64,000 bases of DNA from the human T2T-CHM13v2.0 reference genome, Homo sapiens. Positions 44,130-60,179 of this stretch are shown here, one piece after another. Each line of letters starts with the position of its first letter. The first letter of the stretch is position 1. The stretch lies in assembly GCF_009914755.1 (NCBI RefSeq), contig NC_060925.1; one strand, 5' to 3'. The position numbers were made by a program, and so were the translations under genes. The notes under the pieces are model-generated. The model was not told where the DNA came from, ran no database searches, and was given only the letters and a program-made list of their open reading frames with translations.

Positions 44130-44570
44130 CCATTCATTTATTCACTCATTCATTTGTAGGCGCTACTGAGAGCCTACGATGTATACGGCACCATGTACCA
44201 GGCCCTGAGAACACAGAGGTAAGATAGACAGGGTCCTGCTTTCATCGGGTTTATATTCCAATGAAGATAAGAGGCATTCAACAACTCTTTATCTAATGAG
44301 TTGTACAGCAACCCTTGTGATATGTGCACTTAAAGAAATGTGCAGGGGTTTTGGATAGAAAGGCTCAATGTGGAGACAGACTTGGTCTGGAGGCGGGGCA
44401 GCTTCTCTGAGGGTGCGACGTTTCAGCCACGATCTAAGGGAGGGAACAGGGAAATGCACTGCGGTCATCCAGGTGAGAAATGATGGTGGCCTCAGTGCCC
44501 AAAGTGGGGACGTCAGTGGATGCAGACAGTGGATTTGAGACGTATTTAGGAGATGGAATTGACTAGCATC
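44130..44570 (-). mobile_element. L2 3' region
   Basis: CATTCATTTATTCACTCATTCATT...TACTGAGAGCCTACGATGT...TCCAGGTGAGAAATGATGGTGGCCT. Confidence 0.8.
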
Positions 44571-44867
44571 ATTTTATTGACACTTTTCATTTCTACAGTT
44601 TGAGTCCATCCTCCCATCCTCCTTTCCCAATCCCAGTGCCTCAGATGTTCTCGTTTTTCCCTTGGGGTGAGTCTATACTGAAGCCAGATGGTTTCACTCA
44701 AACCCATTCAGTGCTCCAGAGTCAAGTGCTGGTCATCGCAGGGGAGCTCCGGAGCTGCGTCTGTAATGTTAGTGACCCTGATTTCTAAAGGGAAGTCTTC
44801 TTCAGTCTGTTTCTGAGATTATTCCTGGGAGCTTTAACTGGAAAAGCCAAGGGCTTAAAAAGATGCA

Positions 44868-45165
44868 GTTTTTTTTTTTTTTTGAGACACTGTCTTGCTT
44901 TGTCACCCAGGCTAGCCTGCAGTGGCACAGTATGGCTCACCACAGCCTCAACCTCCCAGATTCCAGAGATCCTCCCATTTCAGCCTCCAGAGTAGCTGTG
45001 GCTACAGGCACACACCACCACTCTCAGCTAATTTTTTAAAAATTTTTGTAGAGACAAGATCTCACTAGGTTGCCCGGGCTGGTCTCAAACTCCTGGGCTC
45101 AAGTGATCCTCCCCCCTTGGCGTCCCAAAGTGCTGGGATTCCAGGAGTGAGCCACTGGGCCCAGC
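44868..45165 (-). mobile_element. AluJ, full length
   Basis: CACAGCCTCAACCTCCCAG...AACTCCTGGGCTCAAGTGATCCTCC. Confidence 0.93.
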
Positions 45166-46350
45166 ACGGTGCAGTCTTCAGAGAAGGTGAACTCTCTGGG
45201 CACCTAGAGAAACTTGTAGGGAAACAAAAGCTTGTTTATAAACTTGGTTCAACACAGGAGACTATGTTCTCCACATTGAAAAGTTCCTTCATCTTTTTTA
45301 AAGCATCTAAATGATCTGTGTCTCACTTCCTAAGCAGCCTGGTGGGCAGGGAGGGTCACCAGTTGGGGCAGAGCTCAGAGGGAGGTGCACAGCTGTGCAG
45401 TGTCTAAGCTCCTGCGTCTCCTGTCACTTGGTTCCCGTGGCACCATCTACGCCCATCTCCCTCCCCCTTAAGGGTTAGCATGACATTGTATCACAGGGAT
45501 GTTGATTTTCTTTTCACTTCAGTTCTGGATTTTCAAATTCTCAGACCACATACCAAGTTGAAAGCAATCCTTTGTTTCCTCTTGAACCGTAAACCAGAAA
45601 TTGTGCTTGGGAAACCATACCAGGTGACTAACTGGAAAACATCCCCAAACCTTGTTAGTCTTTGGCCGTAGACATTTAATTCTGAGCCCTGGATGGATGG
45701 TGATATTAAATACAGATTGTGCGCACATTAGTAGTAGAATGTACCCCTGACCAATTTTTCACACATTTAACCAAGTAAATGGCTTCTTGCCTTCAGTGAG
45801 TTTTTATTTCAAGACCAGCAACCATTGCACCAAGATGAAGAAGTGAGCCGCGTGGTTTTCTCCATCCAGGGGTGCAGAAAGAAAAGTGCAGAGACAGTCT
45901 TCAGTGTTTTTATATAAATTCACTTTTGCAAAAAGTATGTTGCTGTGTAATTAAGAGTGTTAATGATGCTGCCTAAAGCATCTAGGGAGAGCAGTCTGGA
46001 CAAGGAGAGAATGGGACCGTCACCCACCGGTGGCTCCTCCGTCTATGGCCTCTAGTCATTTTGCTCCCTACCTTTCTTCTGAAGTCAATTCTGGTTTTTG
46101 TTTTTGTTTTTGTTTTTTTCCTATTTTTCCCAAAGACCCGGGGCTGGAGGCCTGTAAAGGGACCATGCTACAATTTCTGAGCAATCCAGTCTGGTTTACC
46201 AGAATTAGAACTCAGTACTGCAGAACCCTGGGAGGTGATGATGCAGGTCAATGAGGCCTTGGCAAGAAGAAGGGGAGGGAGGGAGGATGGAGACGTCAAC
46301 CTGACATAGGATTTGGAGAAGAGTCAGAGATTAAGAATTTAGATTAATGT

Positions 46351-46696
<346 letters not shown>

Positions 46697-47589
46697 TCAG
46701 GTGTCTGTCTTCACTATAAGTTTGTTTATGGTTGAATTTGATAAATGACTTCCTTTGGTCTGTGGAGTGTATTAGTTATTTGGGTGTGATGTGTTGGAAG
46801 AAGATAGTTAATGCATTTACAGGAGGATCATGTGAGATTTCAGATCAGGGCCACCTCATGCCTTTAATACATAAAAACCATTTAAAACATTAAAAAGTTC
46901 CATGCAATCTTTTTTTTTTTTCCTACCACAATTTATGTCTTTATGAGGAATATCTCCATTCTGCCTCTGCTCTGCCAGGGTAATTATTATCCTGTATACA
47001 CTCAGGTCTGTGTTCAAATCAGCATAACGAAGGCTGCTATGAAAATGAATATAGAATTTTCATAAAGTTCATGCTAAATTCTTAAACTTTAGCTTTTACA
47101 TTTTTGGCAGTAGGTTATAGGTAGGAGTCATCTTTGTAATTGACATTTAAACGCAATTTTTCTTCTCATAATTGATAACGACTTCATTCGTGCCAGCCGC
47201 AAAACCCAGTGTATTATTCTTGTCAGTGCTTGACGGTTTTGACAGGCCAGAAAAATTGCAAGTAAAATAGATATATTTGGGCGTGAGATGTTGACTTATA
47301 ATTCATGAAGCTGCAACCTTCCACCTGTAAAGGAGAAGAATTGGCAGAGGTATGGTTTTGATTTATGTGTTGAAAGACAGAAAACAAATAAGAAAACCTT
47401 TGTTCTGCTGTCACAACTGATGAAGGTAACAGTGTTAAAAAATAATGAAATTCACAATACTTCCTACACATCCAGTCCTCTGTAGCTGCAATTCGGGGGG
47501 GCCAAGGGCTTCCTTAGCAGAATCTCTGGGCTTTCTTGGGGTGCAGGTAGGGCTCTGGCCTTGCTATGCTTTAACTAGAACTACTGTGA

Positions 47590-47820
47590 TTTTTTTTCCT
47601 TCCTTCCCTCCTTCCTCCCTGCCTCGCTGCCTCCCTCCCTCCCTCTTTTCTTTCTTTCCTTCTCTTTTTTCCTTTCTTTCTCTCCCTGTTTCTCTGTCTC
47701 TCCTTCCCCCTCCCTGTCTCCCTCCCTATCTCTTTCTTTCCTTTTCTTTTTTCTCTCCCTGTTTCTCTGTCTCTCCTCCCTTCCTCCCTCTCTCCTTTCT
47801 TTATTTTTCTTCCATCTCTT
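47590..47820. repeat. CT-rich polypyrimidine low-complexity tract
   Basis: ~230 bp almost entirely C/T on the + strand. Confidence 0.92.
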
Positions 47821-47889
47821 AATTTCATTCATTCATTAGCCTTCTGTGTAAGATTTTGTTTGGAAAAAAAAGAGTCATATCCCCCTTTA

Positions 47890-48262
<373 letters not shown>

Positions 48263-49076
48263 TTAGACGCACAGATAATCTTTACCAGTGTGTGAGAAGC
48301 CTGAGGATACAGACAGACTGCATACCGCGGCCATGTGTTGTGTGAGTGGTATCAGGCTGGACGTATCCCTTGACAACTTGACTTTTTAGCTCACAGTTAC
48401 ATTTTTCGGACTGATCTACGTTGATTCGTGGAAAAACAGGTGATACCGCTTCTTTCCTTCTATCCCCCGGCTTCAGTTGAGTTCATTCTATACCCCACCC
48501 GATGCCTCCGCGTACACACTGTAGCTAATTCTGCAGGAGATGGAGGGTTCCATGGTATCTTCACACGTGGAGATGGCACTACATTCGTATTCTGAGCTAT
48601 TCCCCAGCAGCAAGGGTAAATTTTCTTCTCTTGCATTCTCTCGCTCAGTCAACCTTGTGACCATTGACTCATATTTGAATGTCATGTTTGGGCCATAGGC
48701 GCAAGTGAGGAGATGCTCACGCTGGTTACCTTGCAGGTGTTTTCTATAATGAAGAGCCCACAAGCCCTCACCCCACCCCTGCCCTACCCGCAGCTGGAGT
48801 GAAGGTGGCGCCCCAGAGGCCACTCCTGGGAGAAACCTCATCCCCTCCCTCCTTCTGCGACTTCACAGCCTCACACACAGTTGTCTGGGAAACATCAGAT
48901 CTAACCACCTCGAGCCTTGCGTCTCTGTTTATGCCTCTCCCAACAGGAAGCTGAGACTCGGAAAATCCTCGTCCCCCTCCGCACCTCTCTCCTACTCACC
49001 ACGCCTTTCCACGGGAACACACAGCACGTTATCAGCAAAATTCCCCACACCCTCAGCGCCTTTCCTGAGAGGTCCT

Positions 49077-49831
<755 letters not shown>

Positions 49832-50842
49832 GTCCCTTTACCTTATCTTCCTAACTGCTCCCCGAAGTCCTCTCAAGCCACATCTGCTTTGTCCCCACAC
49901 CCTGAACCACCACGTTTGGTGCTAGCGCCTCATCACTGCTCCATGATCATCCTTCCCTCCTCCTGGAGACCCCTGGCTTTGCATCTCTGGCCACCAGATC
50001 ATTGTTGCAGTCATCTATTCATCTCTGATCCATGCCACCTTGTTCCTTGTGGATTGACGCTCCTGGAGTGCTATCAGTACACCAACCCTACTTGTCAGAC
50101 AGTAACACCTGTGATTTCAGTGTTCTTGTAGACAATCCTTCGGTACTCTGGCTTCTCAGGTCCTTAATCTCCTCTTCTCCGATGACCTTGTTCTTCACTC
50201 AACCTCAGCCCCCCATTTCCGTAACTATACCCTAGAGCTTATTACCGGTTGTAAAGACTGATAATGCAGTCATTATCTGTTATGCTCCAGCTCCATCATC
50301 TCATTTCAAGCATCCCATTCTCTGATCACCACCTCTTTCTTCTCTCCTAAAACCTTGACTGAAAACAATTCTTCCACCTCACTGAAGTGCAAAATCCATC
50401 CATCCTATCATCTTTTCCCCCTTTCTCACCTACCTCATGTCTTCATGTCTCTCATTGTCTAGTTTGGAGTCCTTGATTATCTAATCATTACCTTGCTTTA
50501 CTATCTTATAACATTAACTTCTTTACCCATCTCTCTCTTCATCCCACTCTCCTTGCAAAACTACAGCCTTGGTAAAATCCAGTTGCCCATGTCCTCTGTA
50601 CCTGTCTGTGCCCAGCTGAGCCTGGGTGGAACAGAACACAGCCGTGGTGACTGTTTCCAGTTTATGACCATTAACTTCTAGTGGGCTCGAGCACCCTCTG
50701 GCAGAGCGTTCTCCTCTTTCTGTATCATCATTTCTTCTCTCTTGATTGAATCACTCCTTTTAGCATACAAAAATGCTATTATAACTCCCAACTTAAAAAA
50801 TAAATTTCTCTTAACCTCACACATCTCATTAACTACTGTCCC

Positions 50843-51160
50843 CTTTCTTTTCTTTCTTTCTTTCTTTCTTTTTTTTTAGAGACAGGGTCTTACCTGTCAC
50901 CCAGGCTGGAGCGTAGTGGCGTAACCACAGCTCACTGTAGCCCTGTAGCCTTGAACTCCTGGGCTCAAGTCATCCTCCTTCATCAGCCTCCAAAGTAGCT
51001 GGTATTACAGGTGCATGCTACCATACCCGGCTAATTTTTAAATTTTTTTTGAGAGATGGGGTCTTGCTACATTTTCCAGGCTGGTCTTGAACTCCCGGGC
51101 TCAAGCAATCCTCCTGTCTCCCCCTAAACGGATAGCAGGCGTGAGCCACTGCACTTGGCC
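50843..51160 (-). mobile_element. AluJ
   Basis: CACAGCTCACTGTAGCC...GAACTCCTGGGCTCAAG. Confidence 0.92.
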
Positions 51161-51379
51161 TGTTCCATTTCTTTGATTATCTTTGCAGCAAATTTATTTT
51201 TAAAATGCGTGTTTATACTCTCTGTTTCCAGTTTCTCATCTCTATCCTCTCTTGAACCCACTCCATTTATCTTTTAGCTGCCACCACTCAATCAAAAGCT
51301 CTTATGAAGGTCACTGATGATAATCAAGACTAAATAACATTTGTAATAGATAATAATTGTAATCTGATCATTATAACAC

Positions 51380-51545
51380 GTTCATTCATTCTACAAATAT
51401 TTGTTGACTGGCACCTACTATGTGCCAGTTACTGTTCTAAGTGTTTTACGTGTATTCACTTGCTTAAGCCCTAAGGCGGGTACCGTTATTTTCCCCATGT
51501 TATGGGTGAGGAAACTGAGAAACAGAGAGGTTGAAGAATTTACCT
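51380..51545 (-). mobile_element. L2-end/MIR fragment
   Basis: TTCATTCATTCTACAAATATTTGTTGA...CACCTACTATGTGCCAG...TGAGGAAACTGAGAAACAGAGAGGTT. Confidence 0.75.
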
Positions 51546-51907
51546 TCTATGCCATAAGTGGTATAAAATGGTCAGTTCTCAGTCCTCATTTTACTTGATC
51601 TATCTGCAGCATTTGCCCGTAGATCATTCCCTCCTTCCTGGATGACTTTCTTTGCCTTGTTTTCTGAACATCACTTTTTGATTTCTCCTTTGAGCTCACT
51701 ACCTATTCCTTCTCAATACCTTGTGCTGGTTTCCTCTCATCTGCTCTAAATAAATCGTGGAATGATCATTCATCAGACCTTTGCTCTGCCTGCACTGACT
51801 CCCTATGCCATCCCTCCCAGGCCCGTAACTTCCAATGCTATCAGTATATTATTGATTTGCAAAATTGTATCCCTAGCCTGGACCTTGACCCTGAACTTGA
51901 GACTGTT

Positions 51908-52265
51908 GGTCTTAGTCTGCTCAGGCTGATATAAAAAAACACCACAGTCTGGGTGGCTTATAAACGACAGAAATGTATGTATTTCTTACAGTTCTGGAGA
52001 CTGGGAAGTCCAAGACCAAGGCACCAGCAACTTGAGTGTCTGAGGAGGGCCCTCTTGTTCATAGATGGCACATTATTGTGTTTTCACACAGTGGAGGGGG
52101 CGAGGAAGCTCTCTGGGTCCCCTTTCTAAGAGCACTAATGTCATTCCTAATGACTCCACCCTCATGACCTGATCACCTTCCAAAGGCTTTACCTCCAGCC
52201 ATCATGTTGGGGACTAGGTTTCAATATATGAATTCTGTGGGGCAACACCACGTTCAGTTTACAGC
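51908..52265 (-). mobile_element. MLT1A-like (MaLR) solo LTR
   Basis: GTCTTAGTCTGCTCAGGCTG...CTGGGTGGCTTATAAAC...CAGTTCTGGAGACTGGGAAGTCCAAGA...CCCTCATGACCTGATCACC...TAGGTTTCAATATATGAATT. Confidence 0.88.
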
Positions 52266-54909
52266 GGTCTCTCTGGCCTCATGTCCAACCATCTCCCCTC
52301 CTCATTCATCCCACTCCAGCCACGCCGGCCTCTTGCTGTTCCCAGTTACGCCAACTCGCCCCCACCCAGTCCTTCATGTCTGCCTGCTCCCCTGCCTGGG
52401 TCGCTTCCCCACGATGCCTGCTGTGGCTCACAGCCTCACTGCCTTCCGGTCTCTGCTCCAGTGTCCCTGAATAGAGTCCAACTCTGAGCATGCTGTGGAA
52501 AAGGGCCTCATTCCAATACACAAAGTCCCTTTTCCCATGCCCTGCCTTACTGTTCTCCATAGGTCACATGTGACGTGACCTGTGTGTGCTTGTTTACTGG
52601 TTTTGCTTCAGAAGAGACCTCCGTGAGAGCAGGGACCTTGGTTTGTTCATGGCTCTATCGCACAACTGGGTATAATAGGTGCTCGATAAATATTCTGTTG
52701 AATGAATCAATGAAGTTGCCACAGGGAAGGCATAGACATATGTCTTTCAAAACTCCATGTGCTTGGTCTTTTTAAAAGTAAATTTCTTTGATTGTAAATA
52801 GATTCACATTGATACTTGAATAAAATCATAAAGGTATGTCTTCTTTCCTCTTCCTTTAAGTTTTAAGACACTTATAAATGTACCTGAAATTGTAATAAAA
52901 GATCCCAGAGGATTTTACAGCATGTTTTCCGTTGATGGTAATGGATGGAAATAATTTAAATAATAACATTAACAGGTTGTTTTACTACAGGACCACAATA
53001 ATTTTAAAAGACAAACTTGAATAATCCTGTTTTACCACATCCCTAAACCTATGAAACACACAGTACTCACTCATTAATGTTGATTTGTTTAAGAGAAATA
53101 AACTTCAAAAAAAAAAAAAAAAAAAAGCCAACAAAACTCACTCTGATATTAACTGCCTCGGGTTTAAAGGTTTTTTCAGAATGCCTCAGTAATACTGGCT
53201 TAATGAATTAGGTTCTAAGAAAAATGGCCAGGCATAGTTAACAATAAATCAGGTTATACTATTTGCAGAAAAAGCAACTAAAACTCTCCTTGTAAATAAT
53301 AATGTGGAAAGATCTGGTATTAATCAAGCCACTGTCTACAGCTGAGCTCTGTTTTCAGCTTCTGAACACAGTGGAGTTAATATTGAGCATATCTTTGTTT
53401 CAAGTATAATGAACACAATTCTGCAGTCCTTTGAGAACAGGCTTTTGTGAAAAATCAGTAAGGAATTGCACCTAAAACCCATTTACAAGATCATACTCCC
53501 AAAGGCTTTGTCTTAGAGCAGTTTTTAAAATCTTGTTGGTAACCTCCTGACCACATCATTGGGAGTACAAAAAAGTGCAGAGAGTATATATATATATATT
53601 TTTTTTTCATAAATACTTGCACATCACATTTCCCCTACGGAAATTCAACCAGCGGTTCCAAAGACTGCTGGGCTGGAGTTGTCCGGGTTGGTGGACCCGC
53701 CTGAGTCTGGGGTAGCTTAGCTTGTTCAGAGGTGTGCACAGGGCTGAGGACCTTCTGTGCGTAGCAGAGTCATTCATCTGGTCAATGGCCACATGAAGAC
53801 ACAGATCTTGCCATATCAGATTCTCCTTCTTTCTACTGGAGGTCTGGTGACTTTACCTGTGTTAGTTCAGGCACCTCTGGATAACTTAAGGACTCACCAA
53901 GCGGCAGGTCCTTATGTAGCTCCACAGACCACCATGAAACCCTTCGACCTTTTCTGAAGTCTGCCTTACGTCTTGGGCCACTGAACATTCTGCCAGTCCT
54001 GAAGAACGTGTTGATTCCAGTCTCATCCCAGTGCAAAGTGTCCTTCTCATCTTTGGGCTGCTGTCCCCTGAGCAGGAATGCCGTCCCCACAGCTGATCTT
54101 TGACCATGGGTAGACTCTGGTCTACCATATGACCTGGGACCATCAAAGCCCAGGTTAAGCTGCATCCCAAGTGTTTTTCTAGCCAGCCATGCCCTGGGGG
54201 TACTTTCCATTTTATTGGTCACGGAGCACTCAGGCCCTGCTCCAGGATCCCAGGTATGGTCTCTGGGGAAAACTGACCACAGGTTGTGCAGGAGGAACCA
54301 CCAGACCTGCCCGAGAGGGGACATCTCTTCTCTTTGGTCTGCTGCTTTGAGACAATTCCAAGATCGCAGTGTATATATGTGTGAAGTCTTCATGGGTAAC
54401 TATCTCCAAAGCATTTAATGATTCTCTTTCCTTGGCTTATAAGTAGGCTGATAATGGAAGTTCAAATGATGTGGGACTCTGTTGGTTTGTCCTTCTGGAA
54501 AATCCCACTCCTCTTCCTGGTCACCAAAGCAGTGAGGGGAGGAGGGCAAGGAATTGACTCCTCACATGTATTCTAACAAGCATGGAACAGAGCACACAAG
54601 ACATGGATCTTACTGTAGACCGGGGAAGACACTGAGCCACTTCTGGCTTTATCTCTTCTGACCTATGCATTGGGATAAACTTAGCTGAGCGCGTTTCCCT
54701 GTCCGCATGGAGGGTCTGGAAAATGAGCCGGACATTGAGCTGGGCTTCATACTTTCATCTTTGCCTCTCTCTAGAGCCAAACAAAGGCTTACCTGGGTGG
54801 GCCCTTTTTGGTCCTGTTTTTCGGTCATCGCTGTTGATACGTGGGCCTTGAGCTCCCTAGTTGCAAACTGGGAAGTGCATTGAATGAGAAGTGTGTGGCT
54901 TCTTCCCTG

Positions 54910-55063
54910 GCTATGCCTTTTCACGTGTTAAACATAGGGAAAACTCAGCTATGCCTTTTCATGTCTTAAACAAAGAGAAAACTCAGCTATGCCTTTTCCC
55001 GTCTTAAACATAGGGAAAACTCAGCTATGCCTTTTCACGTGTTAAACATAGGGAAAACTCAGC
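54910..55063 (+). repeat. 38-bp tandem repeat, 4 copies
   Basis: GCTATGCCTTTTCACGTGTTAAACATAGGGAAAACTCA at 54910, 54948, 54986, 55024. Confidence 0.97.
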
Positions 55064-55064
55064 A

Positions 55065-55290
55065 TTTGTAATAACATGTTATGTTTATAGAGCTCTTCAC
55101 AAAGTGCTTTGATGTCTGTGATTCCATTTAATCTTTACATCAGCAGCAGGGGATAAGTGTTATCCCAGTCTTACTGATGAGGAAACCAAGGCTCAAGAAG
55201 ATTGAATGATTTGGCCAAGGCTGTGACACTAGAAAAGGCAAAGCTTGGACTAAAACCCAGGTCTTCAGAATTCAGGTCCAGAGCTCTGGC
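55065..55290 (-). mobile_element. MIR
   Basis: TTACTGATGAGGAAACCAAGGCTCAAGAAGATTGAATGATTTGGCCAAGG...AAACCCAGGTCTTC. Confidence 0.85.
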
Positions 55291-55384
55291 CAGTCTGTTG
55301 ACTCCTTCATCAGCTCCCAAGATGAAGATGAGGAGCTATTTTCTGTTTTGAGCCTTTGATTACAGCTTGTTTTGTAATACACCA

Positions 55385-55520
55385 TAAAGGTTGAGACCAT
55401 GTTTGTTTCTAGCACTTACAAAAAGACCTGGCCCAATTAGACACTTAATAAGTGTTTTATAAATGAATGAAATTAGTGAGTGAAGAGGTAAATGAATGGA
55501 TATATTGAATGAATAGATTA
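55385..55520 (+). mobile_element. L2 3' terminus fragment
   Basis: CTAGCAC...CCTGGCCCAATTAGACACTTAATAAGTG...AAATGAATGAA. Confidence 0.6.
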
Positions 55521-55726
55521 ACTAGGCAAAAACCTACCTGTCTGCATTTATATTGGAAAGCACTACATGAAAAAATGAGATTTGAAAGTTTTAGAATGTG
55601 GCTGTGTGTGTGAGAGAGATCGTCCCTCAATCTTTCATTTCTTCTGATTGTCTATCAGTAGGGAAGGTCCAAGTCCCACCCATACTGTGTTTCTCAAATA
55701 TTCTCAAATTGTATTGAAACCTGTAA

Positions 55727-56110
<384 letters not shown>

Positions 56111-56383
56111 CACCTACTTCCAGTTTAAAGTCACCTGGGAAATACTTGGAGTACAGTTTTGTCATTTTAATCCTTTTTTGGACCACAACAATCACTTTAC
56201 GAACATTTTTTTAACTTTTTCAGAATCGATTCAAGGAAAAGTGATAGAGGCAGGTGGGGACGGGGAGGTGAGTTTTCTTCGCATTTTTGGGAATCTCAAC
56301 TCCTGAGCCTGTCTTACTAGTACGGGTTCCCCAACCCCACGACTAGAACTATCTTAGTGGTTTCTTCCTAAAGAGATGTACAC

Positions 56384-56425
56384 GTGTGTGTGTGTGTGTG
56401 TGTGGTGGGCGTGGGTGGGTGTGTA
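56384..56425. repeat. (TG)n microsatellite
   Basis: Direct reading. Confidence 0.85.
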
Positions 56426-58453
56426 GAGTAGGGAAAAGGTGAGAAGTGGCTCTCTTGCTATAGACTTTTGCTTTTTACTCTTTTCCACTGAGTCTGCTCA
56501 TATTATTCATACGATTATCACGTTAGAGGTTTTGGAGTTGTAGTGGCTATCGTTTTAAGTTTCTTGTAGAATTAATTTATATAAGTAGACAATGTATATG
56601 AATTGATTGATTCAAATCTGTATCTTACAGGATCTGTTAAAGATAGTCAGAAGGCTGTCTTTTAAAATGTGAGGACAAATCAGTTTAACAGTATAGCAGA
56701 GAAGTACAGCTGTGCTCTGTCAAACTCTAGGCTCCTGTGTGTTGGAATGACTAGAGGCAGCAGGGAGAGGGGTCCTGGTTTACTCACCCCCTCTCCCTCT
56801 TTCACATACTAGCTTGGGCTTGTTGTGGTTGAGGTGGTGTGGGAACATCTAGAAGGTTCATTCAAAAAAGACAGCCTCAGCCTTTGCTCAGACGCTCAAG
56901 ATGTTCTGCCGGCTCTCCCTACCATGAAAGTTCTCTGAGAAGCCAGTAAAGATGGCAGCCTCTAAAGAGGTTAGCTTTATTTGGTGGAGGGGCGGTAGGG
57001 GTGGCACACACCGAGGAAGATTCGGATCGTGGCACATCCTTGTGGTCAGGCCCAGAAATCCTCATTGCCCTGCAGCCACCCAGGTCATGATTCATGAGGT
57101 GGGGGTCTAAGCTGAGAATGGCTGGCCGGTTCTCTGACTTCGTGGGTGTGTAATAGTTGGTTGCAACTGACTTCTCAAGAATGACAGTTACTGACTGGAG
57201 CTGGCAGAGAGGTGTGGCCAAGTTCCTGGAGAAATGCTTCCTGCTCCTCCCGCCCTCCCCACCACCATCCTGCTGTATTTAAAGCTGCTTTGGTGATGCT
57301 TTGCTCATCTCAGTGAATTTTCAGTTCAGACCTTTTCACTAAGGATCATTATGGAAGAAAGAGGGGTAAGAAGTGTGGCTGAGTAGCCTAGGATTAATTC
57401 ATCAGTCCCCAAATAAGCAAACACGATGTCTCAGGATGGACGGTGAAATTCTGGACCTCACAGGTAGGTCTTGGAGTTGTTAGTTGTGAATGTAGACCCC
57501 CAAGTTCAGATGTTGCCAGGATTTTACATCCTCTGCTTAAGGCTGTGTTGTTATTTCTGATGTTTATGAGTGAAAACAAAAACATACAGCTCAGGTCCTT
57601 ATCCTCTGAGGGTCTCCTCAGCCTGGGGCACCTCCCGCCAAACGCTTCATGACTCCCCCACCAAGCACATCCTGGCACAATCTGGCATGAGGTCTGAGCT
57701 ACATAAATGTGGTTTTATGAGGGAACAAAGCAAGTTTTGGTTTTCTTTAGAATTGTACGAAATTATACCTTCAAGATGACTTTGCCTTATCGTGGCTTTT
57801 GTTTTGCTTCTCCGAGAAGGAAACTACAAAGTTACCATGATGTAAATCCGGCCAGAGGCTTGAAGTGATTTCATAGTAAAAGCCACCTCAGCCGTCCCCT
57901 CTGAAACCCAGGCCAAGAGGCAGAGATGCCAATGACAGGCTCTGTGACCAGCCTCGTAAGCCATGAACCAGATCCACGGTTTCACATGGCCAGGACCTCA
58001 GGGCCGCATCAGCCTCTTCCACCACACTCTCTCGTGAACAGCTGGTGACACTGTCAGCGGCGCCTCTGTCACAAGGAAGGGCAATGTCCTGTGTAGCCAG
58101 ATGGCGGGGGAGTTGGAGGCTGGGCCAGGCGGTCAGGATCTGCATTCCACCAGCCCGTGGGGTTTTCATAGCCAGGGGCACTGTGTCCACCTTGGGCGTG
58201 GCCATACACAGCCACCACTTCTAACCCCATTGCCAGCTACAACGGAAGAGAGCATGCTGTTTAGAGTTCAGTACCTCCACATAAGGGAAACTGAGGTAGA
58301 GGAGAGCCGGCATTAGCTTCTGGGCTTAGAACACCCACCTTGCCCTCCTGCATCGAGATTCATCTCCAGTGAGAGCAGGTGAGAAGGAATCAGAGGAGAG
58401 CACCTAGGCCCGGGTGTCAACCTTGACCCCACGGACATCTAGGACTGGATGAT

Positions 58454-58823
<370 letters not shown>

Positions 58824-58883
58824 TGATGTCTAGCTGCATCCCTGGCCTCTACTCACTAGACGTCAGTAGCCCTCTCCCAGTTA

Positions 58884-59280
<397 letters not shown>

Positions 59281-59519
59281 CTATTTATCATTGTCTTGAA
59301 TTATTTTGTATAATAAGCAGCAGCCCCCACGCTCAGGTGTTTGGAGGAGTTGCAATTCACTGGGTGGAGGGTAGAGCGTCTCATGAAATCCTCGGCTCCT
59401 GTCTGAAGGCCACAGCTGGGGTGAGGCCCTTGAATGGGAGAGGCAGATGTCCCTGTCTACTTCTTCCTTCTCCCTGCCTCCTCTTGGCCTTCCTTCCCAT
59501 CCCCTCCTCTGTGACAGCA

Positions 59520-59686
59520 CACCACACCGTCACCTGGGTGCTCGTCAGCACGCAGATTCCAGAGCCCGGCTCCCCAGAGATTCTGATACAGGGGGTCTGA
59601 GAGGGGACCTGGAAACCTGCCTCACTGTGAGCTTCCCAAGTGACTCTGCGCAGGGGGCGTGGTGAGGTCACACTTTGAGAAACAGG
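59520..59686. mobile_element. MER5-family (hAT-Charlie) fossil
   Basis: TCACCTGGGTGCT...GCAGATTCC...CCCCAGAGATTCTGAT...CCCAAGTGACTCTG...CACACTTTGAGAAACA. Confidence 0.7.
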
Positions 59687-59820
59687 CCCTAGAGGCTTTT
59701 CTGAACACACGAGCCCTCCCAGTACTCCCAGGACACTAAAGTGTAGCAGAAACAAGCAAAAAAACACAACTATACTAGCAAACGTGACAAAAGCAAAAAG
59801 GGATAAAAATTCCTAAGAAA

Positions 59821-60129
<309 letters not shown>

Positions 60130-60179
60130 CTAAGAAAGATGAAGCTATTCAATGTGGGAACCTCTCTCACTGAAAATGG

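Larger units (their letters stand above)
49900..52713 (+). mobile_element. Long degraded L2 with nested AluJ, MIR/L2 piece and MLT1 LTR
   Basis: TCTCTGATCACCACCTC, TCAGTCCTCATTTTACTTGATCTATCTGCAGCATTTG, CCACTCCAGCCACGCCGGCCTC, terminus GCTCGATAAATATTCTGTTGAATGAATCAATGAA; 5' boundary uncertain. Confidence 0.75.

Noticed and set aside
54910-55063. 38-bp repeats of CRISPR-like length (likewise the 37-bp array)
   Set aside because: Head-to-tail with no unique spacers, no cas genes, primate context
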